Below, piece after piece: positions 45,509 through 55,164 of a stretch of 64,000 nucleotides of DNA. A program made the translations under genes and the position numbers. Numbering within the stretch: the first letter of the stretch is position 1; each line of letters opens with the position of its first letter. A model generated the notes under the pieces. It worked only from the letters and a program-made list of their open reading frames with translations, was not told the DNA's origin and searched no databases. The stretch comes from a virus, in IMG/VR virus record IMGVR_UViG_3300028654_000009. The stretch is one strand, 5' to 3'.

Positions 45509-46155
45509 TGTCCGCAGGTTCCAGTATGCGTCGTGGGGTCGAGGCCGCCCAGAATCAGGCCCTCAAGAAGCCGTCCGCAGTCGAGCGTCTTGACAATCTC
45601 GAAGCCGCTTTCAAGCAGCTCGTGGAGTCCATCAACGAGAACTTCAAGGCAGACCGTCAGGTTCGCGAGTCCATCGTGAAGACCCTTAATGCGGTCACCG
45701 ATTTGGTGGGCGAGGAAAAGGTTCAGGCTAAGCTCCAGGAGCGCGACCTGGCAGAGCTGGAGAAGCGGGCTGACGATGCCGAGCAAGCGCTCGACAAGCT
45801 GGTGACCGACGGCCGAGTCGTCGAGTCTCTGTCGTTCTCGGACAAGACGGTTGTCATCAAGGTTCGGCAGCTGAAGGACGGCGTGGTGATGCCTCCTCGC
45901 CACCTGATTCTCCCCCCAGACGGACTCACCGAAGAGGTCCGCAACCTTCTCCCCGGCACCTCTGCTGGAGAGTCTCTGAGCCTGGCTGACGGAACCACGG
46001 TCGAGATCCTGGCCCTGTTCGAGGCCGTTGAGGTTCCCGCTGAGACTCCCGTCGAGGTTGCTCACCCGGACGCGATTATCCCGCCGGCTGTCGGGACTAC
46101 CGATTTTGTGGAGGTCAAGGCCCCGATTGAGGTTACGGAAGTAAAGGCGGAATAG
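45508..46155 (+). CDS. Hypothetical acidic coiled-coil protein
   Basis: 215 aa, AAGGAG RBS. Confidence 0.7.
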   Translation: MSAGSSMRRGVEAAQNQALKKPSAVERLDNLEAAFKQLVESINENFKADRQVRESIVKTLNAVTDLVGEEKVQAKLQERDLAELEKRADDAEQALDKLVTDGRVVESLSFSDKTVVIKVRQLKDGVVMPPRHLILPPDGLTEEVRNLLPGTSAGESLSLADGTTVEILALFEAVEVPAETPVEVAHPDAIIPPAVGTTDFVEVKAPIEVTEVKAE

Positions 46156-46157
46156 TC

Positions 46158-47714
46158 TTGGCCGGGACCAAGAAGCCACAGCGCGCGCCTGAGTGTCCGC
46201 GCTGTGGTAAGGTCATGGGCAAGAACGGGTTCGAGAGGGACGGGAAACAGAAGTGGAGGTGCTTCAAGGGTTCCAATTCTGGAGACGGCGCTAGAGGCGA
46301 AATCTGCTATTCTGGCGTCAATGTGGCGGCTGACGATCCCAAGAAAGCTCCTGCGGACTTCAAGCTGCAACTGTCGGGGAATTTGTTTGTCATTACGGGT
46401 GCCCAAAATGGCACCCCTGTGGTCGGAGAGTTCCTAGAAACTTTGAAGGTCGTGGCCGGCGCTCGGAAGGCCCAGCTGGTGGTCGTTCCGATGCGATATC
46501 GAAACCCGACGTCTACTTGGACAGCTTCCCAGGCTGGAGACGAAGTGTGGGCCGAAGAGGTTATTCCTTACTTGTGCAACCAGCGCCGCGTTTTAAGCAA
46601 GCACTTGGTTTTGCTGGGGGACGCAAAGGTGCAGCCTACGGCGACGGACCCTACTGCGGGCTTTGACGGCGTCACAGGAGAGAAATCGGCCATCCTGGCT
46701 CACACCAAGGTGGCTCTTCGGTCTGTGCCGCAGTTGGCAAGCCATGGTGGCCCCAAAATCATGGTCACGACTGGCTCTGTCACCAGAGCCAACTACACAG
46801 ACAGCCGCGCCGGGGCCCTTGGAGAGTTCCACCATAGCCTGGCCGCCGTTATCGTAGAGATCACCGGGTCAGGCGGGTTTCACATCAGGCACCTTCACTG
46901 GGACCCTAAGCGGAAATCGGTCGTTGACCTGGACGTGGAATACTTTGCCAGTGGGAAAGTCACGAAAGCCCCTCGGGCTCTCGCTTTGATATGCGGCGAT
47001 CTGCACGTTGGCTCTGTTGACCCAGGCGTGGAGAAGGCCACCTTCGGAAAAGGAGGCATGATGGAGCGTCTCCGACCTCTAAACCTCGTCCTTCACGACA
47101 CCTTTGATGGGATTAGCGTCAACCCTCACATGGTCAATCCTTTTGAGAAGCTGCGGAGGCAAAATTCTAAGCTCTCCAACGTTCGAGAGGAAGTCCAACG
47201 GTGTATTTCATACGTTCGCGAAGTCACGCCCGAAGACTGTACGGCAGTCGCTGTGGCAAGCAATCATGATTCGTTCCTGTCTAGGTGGGTCGCGACTAAC
47301 GACTGGCGCACGGACCCAGAGAACGCTGAATACTACCTGGAATTGGCACACAAGATGGTGAAGCGGGGTACCGGGAACGCTGTAGCGATTGCCTTTGAAG
47401 GCTCAGGAATTCACATACTGTCTCCGGACGAGTCTTTCCGCCTTGCAGGAATCGAGCTAGGGATGCACGGCCATTTGGGCCCAAATGGCGCCAAGGGGTC
47501 TCTGAAGAATCTTTCGAAGATCGCCCAGAAGTCGGTAACAGGCCACTCTCATACGGCCGGCATCATTGGTGGAGCGATCGCGGTGGGAACCTCCACGACA
47601 TTGAGACTTGGCTATAACGTGGGTCCTTCTTCTTGGGGACAGGCCCATTGTTTGCTGTTGGCGAACGGCAAGAGGCAGCTCGTTTTCATCGTCGATGGTA
47701 AGTGGCGTATTTGA
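46158..47714 (+). CDS. T5 A1-like metallophosphoesterase nuclease with N-terminal Zn ribbon
   Basis: FVITGAQNGTPV, GDLH, SNHD, HGHLGPNG and GHSH motifs. Confidence 0.7.
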   Translation: MAGTKKPQRAPECPRCGKVMGKNGFERDGKQKWRCFKGSNSGDGARGEICYSGVNVAADDPKKAPADFKLQLSGNLFVITGAQNGTPVVGEFLETLKVVAGARKAQLVVVPMRYRNPTSTWTASQAGDEVWAEEVIPYLCNQRRVLSKHLVLLGDAKVQPTATDPTAGFDGVTGEKSAILAHTKVALRSVPQLASHGGPKIMVTTGSVTRANYTDSRAGALGEFHHSLAAVIVEITGSGGFHIRHLHWDPKRKSVVDLDVEYFASGKVTKAPRALALICGDLHVGSVDPGVEKATFGKGGMMERLRPLNLVLHDTFDGISVNPHMVNPFEKLRRQNSKLSNVREEVQRCISYVREVTPEDCTAVAVASNHDSFLSRWVATNDWRTDPENAEYYLELAHKMVKRGTGNAVAIAFEGSGIHILSPDESFRLAGIELGMHGHLGPNGAKGSLKNLSKIAQKSVTGHSHTAGIIGGAIAVGTSTTLRLGYNVGPSSWGQAHCLLLANGKRQLVFIVDGKWRI

Positions 47715-47745
47715 AACGCCCCAGTTGCGTGTCCGAAACCGCCCG

Positions 47746-47774
47746 TTGCGTAAACTACCCAGCTCTGCTATACT
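47746..47774 (+). promoter_or_regulatory. Promoter TTGCGT-N17-TATACT (extended TG), leaderless
   Basis: GTG 47781 is 6 nt after the -10. Confidence 0.7.
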
Positions 47775-47780
47775 TATCCG

Positions 47781-48173
47781 GTGATTGCAGAAGCTGAGCT
47801 TGTAGAAGGTATCAAAAAGACGTACGCAACGATACAGACGTTGTCGTCGAAGCTTGACCGCAGCCGGGCTGTTCTTACCAAACACGGAGCGATTTTACTG
47901 TCCGCCGAGGCTAATTTGGCGTCGGTAAAAAGTGACGCACGCGAGACACTCAACTCGGAGGTCATAGACCTGGGGCGCTACAAAAGTTGCCGCAAGCAAA
48001 TTGCGGATATAGGTGCCTTCATCGACGAAATCCGAATCAATATCGGCAACGCTGCAGTCGAGGTGGAAGGCACCAGACAACAACTGGAGGGCGCCAAAGC
48101 TCTGTATTCTGAGTTGGTGAAAACCTTAGAGAACCCAAAACTTGCGACCGTACTTCCGATGGAGCGTCCATGA
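47781..48173 (+). CDS. Coiled-coil hypothetical protein
   Basis: 130 aa. Confidence 0.65.
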   Translation: MIAEAELVEGIKKTYATIQTLSSKLDRSRAVLTKHGAILLSAEANLASVKSDARETLNSEVIDLGRYKSCRKQIADIGAFIDEIRINIGNAAVEVEGTRQQLEGAKALYSELVKTLENPKLATVLPMERP

Positions 48174-48370
48174 GCGATGAGCGTCTAACTGCAGATCCCG
48201 ATTTCATCTTGTTGAAGCGTTTCGGATACAGCATTCAAAAGCTTGAACAGAGATACCCGGACGGCTGTCCGGCGCATATCATCGCCCCGGCGCTGGGCCT
48301 CACCGAGGAAGAGCTTGTGGCCAAACACGAAGAGATCGTCGTCAAGCTTCGCGCCCTGATGGGAGCATAA
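48170..48370 (+). CDS. Stand-alone sigma region-4-like HTH protein
   Basis: HIIAPALGLTEEELVAKHEEIVVKLR resembles sigma70 region 4.2. Confidence 0.5.
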   Translation: MSDERLTADPDFILLKRFGYSIQKLEQRYPDGCPAHIIAPALGLTEEELVAKHEEIVVKLRALMGA

Positions 48371-50166
48371 TGAGCTTCAAGGCGTTTTCGACTCCACACT
48401 GTCACCCCCTTTCTCTCGACTCTGGAGCCACCCCTGCTGCGTTTGCAAAGCGTGAAGTGGAGCTAGGCTCCGGAAGTATCACCTGCACCGATCACGGGTC
48501 ACTGGCAGCAGCTTATGAGGTCACGAAGCTTGCCAAGAAGCACAACCTGCTGCCCTGTGTGGGGCTCGAAGCGTACGTGCGTGACGACAATTGCCCAATC
48601 CTTGGGAGCCTTGGGGTCGCAAAGACAGACACTATCCCCAAAGGAATGGACAAGGAGGCCTGGCTTGCCGAACATCCTGACGGTTCGTACTTCGAGTATT
48701 CCAAATACCAACACCTGACCCTGGGGTTTCGGGACTACGCCGCGTACCTTACCGGCGTTCGCCTGCTGTCTGACGCCGACGCCCGAGCCGAGCGGCATGG
48801 GTCCGAGCTGAAGCCATTGTTCGCCTGGGACCAAATCGAAGAGCTGGCCTCAAAAAATGTAACGGCGACTTCGTCCTGTTTGATAGGGATGGTTGGGCGC
48901 TTTCTGTTGGAGCACAACAACGAGGACGCGGCAGAGGCATACTTCGATCGACTCAATCACTTGTTCAAGGGCCGATTCTACGTGGAGGTCTTCCCTCACG
49001 AGTGTACCCACAACTGGACCAACAAGGTGTTTTTGGAAGTGGAGGCTCCCGAGGGGAAGCGTCGCCTCCCTTTCCATACCGGGAAGAAGCTGCGTACCAA
49101 CAGAAACGAGCCCAAGGGCATTTCTGCAGAGGACCTGGCAGCGGTGTTCAAAGGTGGTGGTTACCAGACCCTGCATGAGATTTGCCACTACCGGAAGTGG
49201 GAAGCCCTCCCGGCTCCTGTGAAATTGTTGAGCGTCGAGCGTATCGAGGGCTTCATCGAGAATGAATGCGACCCTTACGGGAATACGGACGTCCAGATCA
49301 ACGTCAACAAATTCGTCCTTAGGCTTGCAGAGAAGTACAACGTGCCGGTTCTGCCTTCTGACGATAGCCACCTCGCGACACCTGACGAGAAGAGCGTCCA
49401 GGACGTTCGTTTAGCGCAGCAGGGCGATTGGCGCTTTCACAAGGCGTACTATCGGATGTCGTCTGACGACGCTTACCCTTATTTTAGGGACAAATTGGGT
49501 ATCTCGCCCAAACAGTTTGAGAGTTGGATTGACAACTCCCACGAGTGGGCCCAGGGGTTCAAGGGGTTCAAGTTCGACGGAACCCCAAGCCTCCCCAAGA
49601 AGTTCTATCCCTCTGACACTCTGGCTCACCTGAAGGCTTTAATTCAAAAGCATGGGAAGTTCCCACGAGGCGATAAAAGGTACGTGGAGCGTCTCAAAAA
49701 AGAAATTGAGATGGTTCACAGGAACGGGAAGATTGACCTCCTGCCGTACTTCTTCAGCGCAGAGGAGTGTACGCGGCTGTATTCCAATCAGGGCATGCTG
49801 ACCGGATTTGCTCGTGGCTCTGCAGGGGGTTTGTTGATTTCGTATCTGCTGGACATCACCCAGCTGGACCCGATTCGGTATGAACTGTCAATGGAGCGTT
49901 TTTTGACTACTGACCGTGTTCTGTCGGGGAAGCTCCCAGACATCGACCAAGACCTTACGTCCCGCGAGCTGTTGGTAGGCCAAGAGACGGAAGTGGTTGA
50001 ATTTGAAGCAGAGGATGGTACACTCCACATCCTGCCCGAGTGGTTCAAAGTGGAGACGGACCAGGGGCTAATGACTGTCAGAGAGGCCAAGGAGAAGGAC
50101 GCGGACGTCTACCCTTGGTGGCTGGAGAAAGAAATAGATGAGAATCAGGAAAATCCACCGGGCTAG
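48370..50166 (+). CDS. dnaE: DNA polymerase III alpha, N-terminal part (PHP + palm start)
   Basis: HCH...TDHG...GLEAY...SDDSH, ARGSAGG, ERFL, LPDIDQD. Confidence 0.9.
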   Translation: MSFKAFSTPHCHPLSLDSGATPAAFAKREVELGSGSITCTDHGSLAAAYEVTKLAKKHNLLPCVGLEAYVRDDNCPILGSLGVAKTDTIPKGMDKEAWLAEHPDGSYFEYSKYQHLTLGFRDYAAYLTGVRLLSDADARAERHGSELKPLFAWDQIEELASKNVTATSSCLIGMVGRFLLEHNNEDAAEAYFDRLNHLFKGRFYVEVFPHECTHNWTNKVFLEVEAPEGKRRLPFHTGKKLRTNRNEPKGISAEDLAAVFKGGGYQTLHEICHYRKWEALPAPVKLLSVERIEGFIENECDPYGNTDVQINVNKFVLRLAEKYNVPVLPSDDSHLATPDEKSVQDVRLAQQGDWRFHKAYYRMSSDDAYPYFRDKLGISPKQFESWIDNSHEWAQGFKGFKFDGTPSLPKKFYPSDTLAHLKALIQKHGKFPRGDKRYVERLKKEIEMVHRNGKIDLLPYFFSAEECTRLYSNQGMLTGFARGSAGGLLISYLLDITQLDPIRYELSMERFLTTDRVLSGKLPDIDQDLTSRELLVGQETEVVEFEAEDGTLHILPEWFKVETDQGLMTVREAKEKDADVYPWWLEKEIDENQENPPG

Positions 50167-52543
50167 TTCCCCGCGCCCTGAAGAAGGAGCTATCAAGCCT
50201 TGGTTCCCGGGCTGGTTTCATGAACGCTTCGGGGACCATATCGCGCAAATCAGCGTAGACACGACTCTCAAAATGAGGTCGGCCGTGAAGGACGTGTCGC
50301 GTGCTAGGCACGGGTATGTGGCCGACGACGTTGAAAAACTAGCCGCAAAATTCCTGACGCCCCCGATGGGGATTTCGGATCATCGTTTCGCTTTAGGTGA
50401 CGATAGCGAGGATGAAGGACGAATGCTCGGGTCTTCTGTGCCAGGGCATGTGGGCAGCGATGCTGCCCTTATCGAGTACATTCGACGCTATCCTGAGGAG
50501 TGGGGAGTTGTCCAGAAGGCTTTGGGTTTGCCTCGCAACAAAGGCAAGCATGCCTCGGCGTACGTTTTGGCTAACCGTCCGATCAAGACATTCATCCCCC
50601 TGACGACCGTCACGGGTGAGCAGGTCACAGCGTTCACGGCGGCCCCTGTCGAGGCGGCTGGCGGAGTTAAGATGGACTATTTGGTGGTCTCCCAAATTAA
50701 GGACATCCAAGACGCTATCAGGATTGTTCAAGGACGGCATGGAGGTGAGCCGACCACCCAAGTTCTGAACGGGATTCCTGTCCCGCCACAGCGCCTGGTC
50801 CCTTTGCCGGCCGGCGGGTATGCAGACATCGCAGACCTCCCTCCCGACCCATCTGTGTTCAAAGAGATCGCTCTGAGTCGCACCGATACCGTGTTCCAGT
50901 TGAACACCCCGGCAGCAAAGAAATGGCTCGAACATTTTTCTCATCAACGCCCCGATGGCTCTTATGTTATCGACAGCGTCAAGGCTATCGCTGACTTTAC
51001 GGCCCTCGACCGACCGGGACCCCTGGACGCATTCGTCATCAATCCTGACTGGGACGGGCCGCCCGACCACCAGGACGCGCGACATAACATGCTCGTCGAA
51101 TATGCTCGCAGAAAGCGTGGGGCGACACCTTCGCCAGAGATTCAGCCGATCATGGAAAAGATGCTTCCTGAGACGGCGGGCATCTTGATTTATCAGGAGC
51201 AGGTCCAGCGGGTGTACCAAGAGCTGACGGGCTGTACCGGTGTAGAGGCTGAGGGGTTCAGGGCAGCCGTGGCCAAGAAACAAAAGGAAGATGTCGATAA
51301 GGCTTACCCGTTTTTTATGGCCGCTGCCGAGAAACAGATTGGCAAAGAGAATGCCCAGCAATTGTGGGACGCCATCGAGACGTTCTCCGCCTACGGTTTC
51401 AACAAGGCCCACGCTACGGCGTACGCCCTTACTGCCTATGCCTGTGCGTGGCTTAAGTTCCATTATCCTTTGGAGTGGTGGACGGCGGTCCTGGGCAACG
51501 CTACCAAAAAAGCTATCAACGAAAAGTTCTGGCCCTATTGCCACAAATTCGTTTTGCTACCCGACATCCGGTTGTCGGGGCACGATTGGCAGATAGAGGG
51601 CGACAAAATCCGAGCCCCGCTGTCTCTTCTCAATGGAGTAGGCGAGAAAGCGTTCGAGCAGCTGTGCAAGTATGCCCCTTACGATTCCATCCTGGATTTC
51701 GCCAAGGCGATTAAGAAGCACCAAGACTCCAACCCGAAGGCGCGCGAACGCAAGGTAAAGGGCGAGGACCGAACAGAGACGGTGGAAGGCCCCGGGCTTT
51801 CTTCTATTCATCGTTCGACGGTGTACCGAATGATAGTCGCAGGGACCATGTCTTCTCTCTTCCCACAAAATTACACTGTCGGCGAGTGTATCGCCGCGTA
51901 TGACGCCGCCATGACCGAAGTGTTTGGTAAGAAGTATACGAAGACCAAGAAGGCCGTGTTCCCCACACTCGACACCTACGGCCGCTATCAAATCAAAAAG
52001 GAGGTGCTGCCAACGTATGGCGAAGACCTTCGCGTTTTGGTAGTGAAGGCCGGCCTTCCTGCGTATCTCAAACTATACGACGGGAAGAGATTGAGATTCA
52101 GCTGGGTCAAATGGAGCAGGACGCATTATCGAGAAATTGAGACCGAAGACCCCGTCATTGGTTGGGAGAGACTGGAGTCCCTCGTGGAGGCAACTACCGT
52201 TCCTCCTGGCGGTTTCTCGTGCGCAGTTGTTTGCTATGTAGACGCACGGGAGTTTATCAATTACGGACCAAACAAATCTAAGAGAGGTTTGAAGTTGCAT
52301 GTAGACGTGGGAGGTGGTAGACTGGAGTCTGTCTTGTGGCCCAGAGGCGATAAGGGCCTGCCGCCGGGAGCCAATAATCTTGAGCCCGGCTGCATAGCGG
52401 TTCTTGCTCTCGAACGGAACGACTCCACGAGGGGGTTCAACGTGAGAGCTTTTGAAGTAATTCGTGCACCACAAAAACTGAAGGAGGAAGATGTCGACGC
52501 CAAAGATAGCGGACCTGCTGACCACAATCCAGCAAGCAAATAA
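50138..52543 (+). CDS. dnaE: DNA polymerase III alpha, C-terminal part
   Basis: KHASAYV, VKMDYL, RPGPL, IYQEQ, YGFNKAHATAY, HhH and OB tail. Confidence 0.9.
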   Translation: MRIRKIHRASSPRPEEGAIKPWFPGWFHERFGDHIAQISVDTTLKMRSAVKDVSRARHGYVADDVEKLAAKFLTPPMGISDHRFALGDDSEDEGRMLGSSVPGHVGSDAALIEYIRRYPEEWGVVQKALGLPRNKGKHASAYVLANRPIKTFIPLTTVTGEQVTAFTAAPVEAAGGVKMDYLVVSQIKDIQDAIRIVQGRHGGEPTTQVLNGIPVPPQRLVPLPAGGYADIADLPPDPSVFKEIALSRTDTVFQLNTPAAKKWLEHFSHQRPDGSYVIDSVKAIADFTALDRPGPLDAFVINPDWDGPPDHQDARHNMLVEYARRKRGATPSPEIQPIMEKMLPETAGILIYQEQVQRVYQELTGCTGVEAEGFRAAVAKKQKEDVDKAYPFFMAAAEKQIGKENAQQLWDAIETFSAYGFNKAHATAYALTAYACAWLKFHYPLEWWTAVLGNATKKAINEKFWPYCHKFVLLPDIRLSGHDWQIEGDKIRAPLSLLNGVGEKAFEQLCKYAPYDSILDFAKAIKKHQDSNPKARERKVKGEDRTETVEGPGLSSIHRSTVYRMIVAGTMSSLFPQNYTVGECIAAYDAAMTEVFGKKYTKTKKAVFPTLDTYGRYQIKKEVLPTYGEDLRVLVVKAGLPAYLKLYDGKRLRFSWVKWSRTHYREIETEDPVIGWERLESLVEATTVPPGGFSCAVVCYVDAREFINYGPNKSKRGLKLHVDVGGGRLESVLWPRGDKGLPPGANNLEPGCIAVLALERNDSTRGFNVRAFEVIRAPQKLKEEDVDAKDSGPADHNPASK

Positions 52544-53189
52544 TACGATTGCAACTCCGGTAGAGACGGTTCACCGGACCATCGCTGCTGGCCACCAGAT
52601 GCGGCAGCAGGACGCCCGGGATGCGCTCCCGGGGCTCAAGAAGCAGCTGACCGAGCTAACCGTTCCGGAGCGTCTGTTCGCTCTTTATGCTACCGGGTCG
52701 ACCGCTGGCACCGAGGCTTTTCTGTCGGCCAACGGCGGAGTGGTGCTGTCAGTCGACCGTTTCTGGCTCGACCTGGCCGACCAGGTGCAGCTGGGCCCGG
52801 ACCACATGGTCCGCACCACCGAGCACTTCATTTTGTTCCGGGCTCTGGAGAACAAGGGCAAGGACCTGGAGATCGGGAAGACAACCGTGCCCGATTACCG
52901 AGAAGCAATCTGTAACACGCTACCGGAGCTGGCAGCATGGGTTCGTGACCGTGCTCTTTCTGCCGGCAATACGGCGCACAACTATCAATTCCTCTTGAAT
53001 CAAATCTTGGAGCAGGTCATCGCAGGCGATATCGACGGTAAGAAAATTCCGGTACTCATCGTAGGCAATACTTCACCCCAGGAACAAGCATCTCTTTCAT
53101 CTCTCTTCGCAAAGACGGGGGCTCATCATTTCGATGAGGACTTCGTCCCCAAACTTAACACCATCACAGACCTCTTTCGCAAACTGTAA
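52491..53189 (+). CDS. Hypothetical protein
   Basis: 232 aa, AGGAGG RBS. Confidence 0.7.
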   Translation: MSTPKIADLLTTIQQANNTIATPVETVHRTIAAGHQMRQQDARDALPGLKKQLTELTVPERLFALYATGSTAGTEAFLSANGGVVLSVDRFWLDLADQVQLGPDHMVRTTEHFILFRALENKGKDLEIGKTTVPDYREAICNTLPELAAWVRDRALSAGNTAHNYQFLLNQILEQVIAGDIDGKKIPVLIVGNTSPQEQASLSSLFAKTGAHHFDEDFVPKLNTITDLFRKL

Positions 53190-53197
53190 AGCCCACA

Positions 53198-53404
53198 ATG
53201 CCGTCGTCCATTAACGATGATGAAACCTACAAACGCCTTCGCGAGAGAGAGGTTTCTCTAGGCAAGCAAAAGCTCAAACTTATGCGCTCGCTGGCCACGC
53301 TGGCTGGCGCTCGTCAAGCTATGGAGAACCTATCCCCAGACCTTGAGAAGGCCAGAAAAGATGTCTTTGATTACACCTACCTGTTCAACAACTACAACGA
53401 ATAA
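53198..53404 (+). CDS. Small hypothetical protein
   Basis: 68 aa. Confidence 0.55.
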   Translation: MPSSINDDETYKRLREREVSLGKQKLKLMRSLATLAGARQAMENLSPDLEKARKDVFDYTYLFNNYNE

Positions 53405-53442
53405 CTCTCTTCGCAAACGTCCCGAAAACTGAAAGGAAACAC

Positions 53443-54561
53443 ATGGCAAACGATATCGATAACGAGCTACCAGAAGGATTCGCCGAGGCCTCTTACGGCG
53501 CCGGCAAGTACGAGACTTTTGCTCTGAAGCCCGACTCCACCTTGGTGGTGCGCATCCTCCCGCCGATGAAGTCGCTGATCAAGTCCCGCGATTACGGAGC
53601 ATTTTGGTACACCCACTTCATGAAGGGGACCGACCAGCGCAACCCAGACAAGATCAAGACGTACCCCGTTCTTGGTATCGAGGAGCGGGATTTCCGCAAA
53701 GGCGGCATCATCATCAAGCAGGACCCGCTGGTCGAGGCTCGTCGTCCTTACCTGGACAAGATCGACGCCATCACCGCCTCTGGCAAGGAGAAGGGGTTGT
53801 CCAAGGAAGAGATCAGGAAGGCCGTAGCCCCCTACCGGGAGTGGCTTGAGGACCACGGGTACAGCGGCAAGTGGCATCTGTACGCCATCAACAAGTCAGG
53901 CCAGTTCGGCATTCTGCGTATCAGCAACCGGCTGATGAAGGAGCTTCGGGCCGAGGTCAAGAAGCTCATCGCCCGCGAGATCAATCCCATGGGGGTAAAG
54001 GGCGTGTTCTGGTCGTTCACTCGTACGGGAAACGGATTCCAGGACGCTGATAAGGTTGTCCCGAATCGCATCGTCAACCCTGGCGATGGCAGCGAGCGGC
54101 TCGACTTCCATACCCTCACCGCAGAAATCGGTCGGGCAGCTCTGGAGGCCCTCCCGGATTTGGAGGAAGAGAAGGCTCGCATCTCGTACTCTATCGAGAT
54201 CATGGAGGCCCTTGCTAAGGACTCGTCTCCAGAGAACGTCGCGCATCTCTTGAACCGTACCGATTCTCGGGACCAGGCTGATTCTAATGTTCCCGCCGAG
54301 TCGAGCCGTCAAGAGGACGACGAAATCCCGGCTGGAGTTGCGGCGAGCAGCCCTACTCCTCCGCAGGAGAAGGCCGCCGAGCCGGCTCCGGCTGAGCCGA
54401 CCGAAGAGGACGAAGAGGCCGCGCTGCAAGCACAGCTGGCAGCCCTCAAGGCCAAGAAGGCCGCCAAGGCCAAGCCCGTTGCCAGGCCTGCGGCCAAGCC
54501 CGAGCCGCCGAAGGCTCCGCCGGTCGATGACGACGGCCTAGACAGCGTCTTCGAAAGCTAA
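53443..54561 (+). CDS. ssb: Single-stranded DNA-binding protein (gp32-like)
   Basis: VVRILPP N-terminal motif, acidic tail DDDGLDSVFES, located upstream of recA. Confidence 0.7.
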   Translation: MANDIDNELPEGFAEASYGAGKYETFALKPDSTLVVRILPPMKSLIKSRDYGAFWYTHFMKGTDQRNPDKIKTYPVLGIEERDFRKGGIIIKQDPLVEARRPYLDKIDAITASGKEKGLSKEEIRKAVAPYREWLEDHGYSGKWHLYAINKSGQFGILRISNRLMKELRAEVKKLIAREINPMGVKGVFWSFTRTGNGFQDADKVVPNRIVNPGDGSERLDFHTLTAEIGRAALEALPDLEEEKARISYSIEIMEALAKDSSPENVAHLLNRTDSRDQADSNVPAESSRQEDDEIPAGVAASSPTPPQEKAAEPAPAEPTEEDEEAALQAQLAALKAKKAAKAKPVARPAAKPEPPKAPPVDDDGLDSVFES

Positions 54562-54566
54562 AACCC

Positions 54567-55154
54567 ATGGGGATTGAATCCGGCAAACATACTTACGTCG
54601 TCCCGGCTGGGGACGGCGTAAGGCCCCCCATTGTAATCGATTTGAAGAAGGTGGCCATCGCCGAGGCCCGGCTTCAGGACGTGGCCATTGTCAATAAGCA
54701 GACCGCCTCGGAGTTGTTGTCGACGTACAATGATGTCTGGCTAAAGCTGCAAGAGAATTGCACCAAGCTTGGGTTTGAACGTGACGAGGCGAAAAACGCC
54801 GTTGGCCGGACTCGCGCCGAAGCTCTGCTGGGCTGCAACGACGACACCTTCAAGAAGATGGGGCACGCCAAAGGCTCTGCAGACCTCAGGAACGCGGTCG
54901 TGGATCTTGACCTGGATGTCAAGGCAGCAGAGGACCGCCTGAACCAAATCAAGGCCGTGTTGGCGTTCCTGGAGGCCAAGGCTAAGGCCTTCGAAAACGC
55001 TTACAACTCAGTCAAGGCGTTGGTTCGCGGACAGGGCGAAGGAGGAGTGTCGGCCCCGGTGCCTCTGCGGGCGGGCGCCGCCAATCCGCACAATGACCCT
55101 CCAGAGGAAAGAAGCTCCCTTCCACCAGGTTTCGCTGACGTAATTTACAAGTAG
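54567..55154 (+). CDS. Putative recombination mediator (UvsY-like helical protein)
   Basis: All-helical, lies between SSB and RecA. Confidence 0.4.
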   Translation: MGIESGKHTYVVPAGDGVRPPIVIDLKKVAIAEARLQDVAIVNKQTASELLSTYNDVWLKLQENCTKLGFERDEAKNAVGRTRAEALLGCNDDTFKKMGHAKGSADLRNAVVDLDLDVKAAEDRLNQIKAVLAFLEAKAKAFENAYNSVKALVRGQGEGGVSAPVPLRAGAANPHNDPPEERSSLPPGFADVIYK

Positions 55155-55164
55155 AAAGGAACGA

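Noticed and set aside
49960-50230. Active trans-splicing split intein in DnaE
   Set aside because: No Cys/Ser1, no TxxH, and no terminal Asn followed by Cys/Ser/Thr; kept only as a degenerate relic.
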